Source of the DNA: a virus
Reading direction: 5' to 3' (one strand)
Length of the DNA stretch: 64,000 bases
Virus record (IMG/VR): IMGVR_UViG_3300032235_000792
In this document: piece after piece, positions 63,333 to 64,000 of the stretch
How positions within the stretch are numbered: the first letter of the stretch is position 1
Layout of the letters: the number at the start of each line of letters is the position of its first letter
Notes under the pieces: model-generated
Seen by the model: only the letters and a program-made list of their open reading frames with translations
What the model was told of the DNA's origin: nothing
The model's database searches: none
Program-made: the position numbers and the translations under genes

Positions 63333-64000
63333 ATGGAATTCACTAATGAAGAAATGGTAAAGTCTCTAACTTCTTTAATTGATGAAACACTTGAAGAAAT
63401 TGAAGAGATTAAGAAATCAAAATTCGCAGCTTCAGAAATTTCTCTTGGCGATGACAAAAGTGGAATCGCTGATAAGTCTAAAAACGGCAAATTAGAAGCT
63501 AAGAAAGCCGAAGATGAGGACGAAGAGGAAGAGGAAGAAGACGAAGACATGGACAAAGCTGACTGTATGGACAAAGCCGAAGATGAGGACGAGGACGAAG
63601 GAAGCGATGACATGGATAAGGCTGATTGTATGGACAAAGCCGAAGACGAAGACGAAGAGCACGAAGAAAAAGAATCTAAAAAACATGAGAAAAAAGAGTC
63701 TAAGAAAGAAGAGATGAAAGAAATGAAGAAGTCTCTTAAAGATTCTGAAAGTCTTATGAAATCTTATGTTGATGAGAGATTCAGTTCATTAGAGAAAACT
63801 ATTTCTAAACTAGCTGCAGCAGTTGAGGCAATCGCCGATGCTCCAGTTCAAAGAAAAGGTATTCCAGCTGGAGTAGCTCCTCTTCGTAAATCATCTGAAG
63901 AGACAGAATCTCTTTCTAAGTCAGAAGTTGCAAATAAACTTCTTGAACTTAAGAAAACAGGTAAACATGTTGATTCATCTGATATTTTTAAAGTTGAAAC
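63333..64000 (+). CDS. Probable scaffold protein (3' truncated, absent from ORF track)
   Basis: SD AAGGAG. MEFTNEEMVKSLTSLIDE... is open to the window end, highly acidic, with MDKA/LMKS/LRKS/LSKS motifs and APVQRKG. Confidence 0.75.
   Translation, partial: MEFTNEEMVKSLTSLIDETLEEIEEIKKSKFAASEISLGDDKSGIADKSKNGKLEAKKAEDEDEEEEEEDEDMDKADCMDKAEDEDEDEGSDDMDKADCMDKAEDEDEEHEEKESKKHEKKESKKEEMKEMKKSLKDSESLMKSYVDERFSSLEKTISKLAAAVEAIADAPVQRKGIPAGVAPLRKSSEETESLSKSEVANKLLELKKTGKHVDSSDIFKVE
63504..63660 (+). repeat. Acidic coding repeat KAEDEDE..MDKADCMD, about 2.3 copies
   Basis: AAAGCCGAAGA at 63504, 63573 and 63636. Confidence 0.85.

Noticed and set aside
63281-63717. Ser-rich and Phe-rich antisense ORFs and a Lys/Thr-rich alternate-frame ORF
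   Set aside because: Shadows of the acidic scaffold gene starting at 63333.
1-64000. Stop-codon reassignment
   Set aside because: Long genes are intact under code 11, and TAA, TAG and TGA all end genes at sensible boundaries.
1-64000. tRNA or other structured RNA genes
   Set aside because: Intergenic gaps are short and AT-rich, and no cloverleaf or T-loop GTTCGA context was seen. tRNAscan-SE/Infernal would be decisive.

Overview
The whole window reads as part of a large, AT-rich tailed phage genome, probably a myovirus. It uses the standard genetic code and shows no rRNA, tRNA, CRISPR array, integrase or transposase. 1-27.1 kb (+): baseplate and a large, modular set of tail fibre/receptor-binding genes, two 2OG-Fe(II) oxygenases and a holin-like gene. 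27.1-31.4 kb (-): an operon with a CsrA-like gene, DnaB-like helicase, primase and glyA. 31.5-53 kb (+): UvsW-like helicase, M15 peptidase, dUTPase, degenerate DNA methyltransferase, GroEL, SbcC, PIN-PhoH, RuvC-like resolvase, a DnaQ-DnaE fusion polymerase, SSB, UvsY-like, RecA and SbcD. 53-64 kb (+): terminase, portal, a nucleotide-kinase/regulatory cluster, prohead protease and the start of the scaffold gene. The most interesting signal is gene-expression architecture. About 16 GTATAAT -10 elements lack a visible -35, and five sit 6-8 nt before an ATG with no Shine-Dalgarno, which suggests leaderless mRNAs. An identical AATCAATAACTTA box occupies the -35 position of two promoters. Separate sigma-2-like, sigma-4-like, Gre-like and CsrA-like proteins could form a host RNA polymerase and ribosome takeover system. 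Other highlights are a triple-nested domain architecture in a tail protein, a capsid N-arm mimic inside the prohead protease and a set of putative LxK-A/S maturation sites. All product calls come from motif recognition by eye, not database searches.
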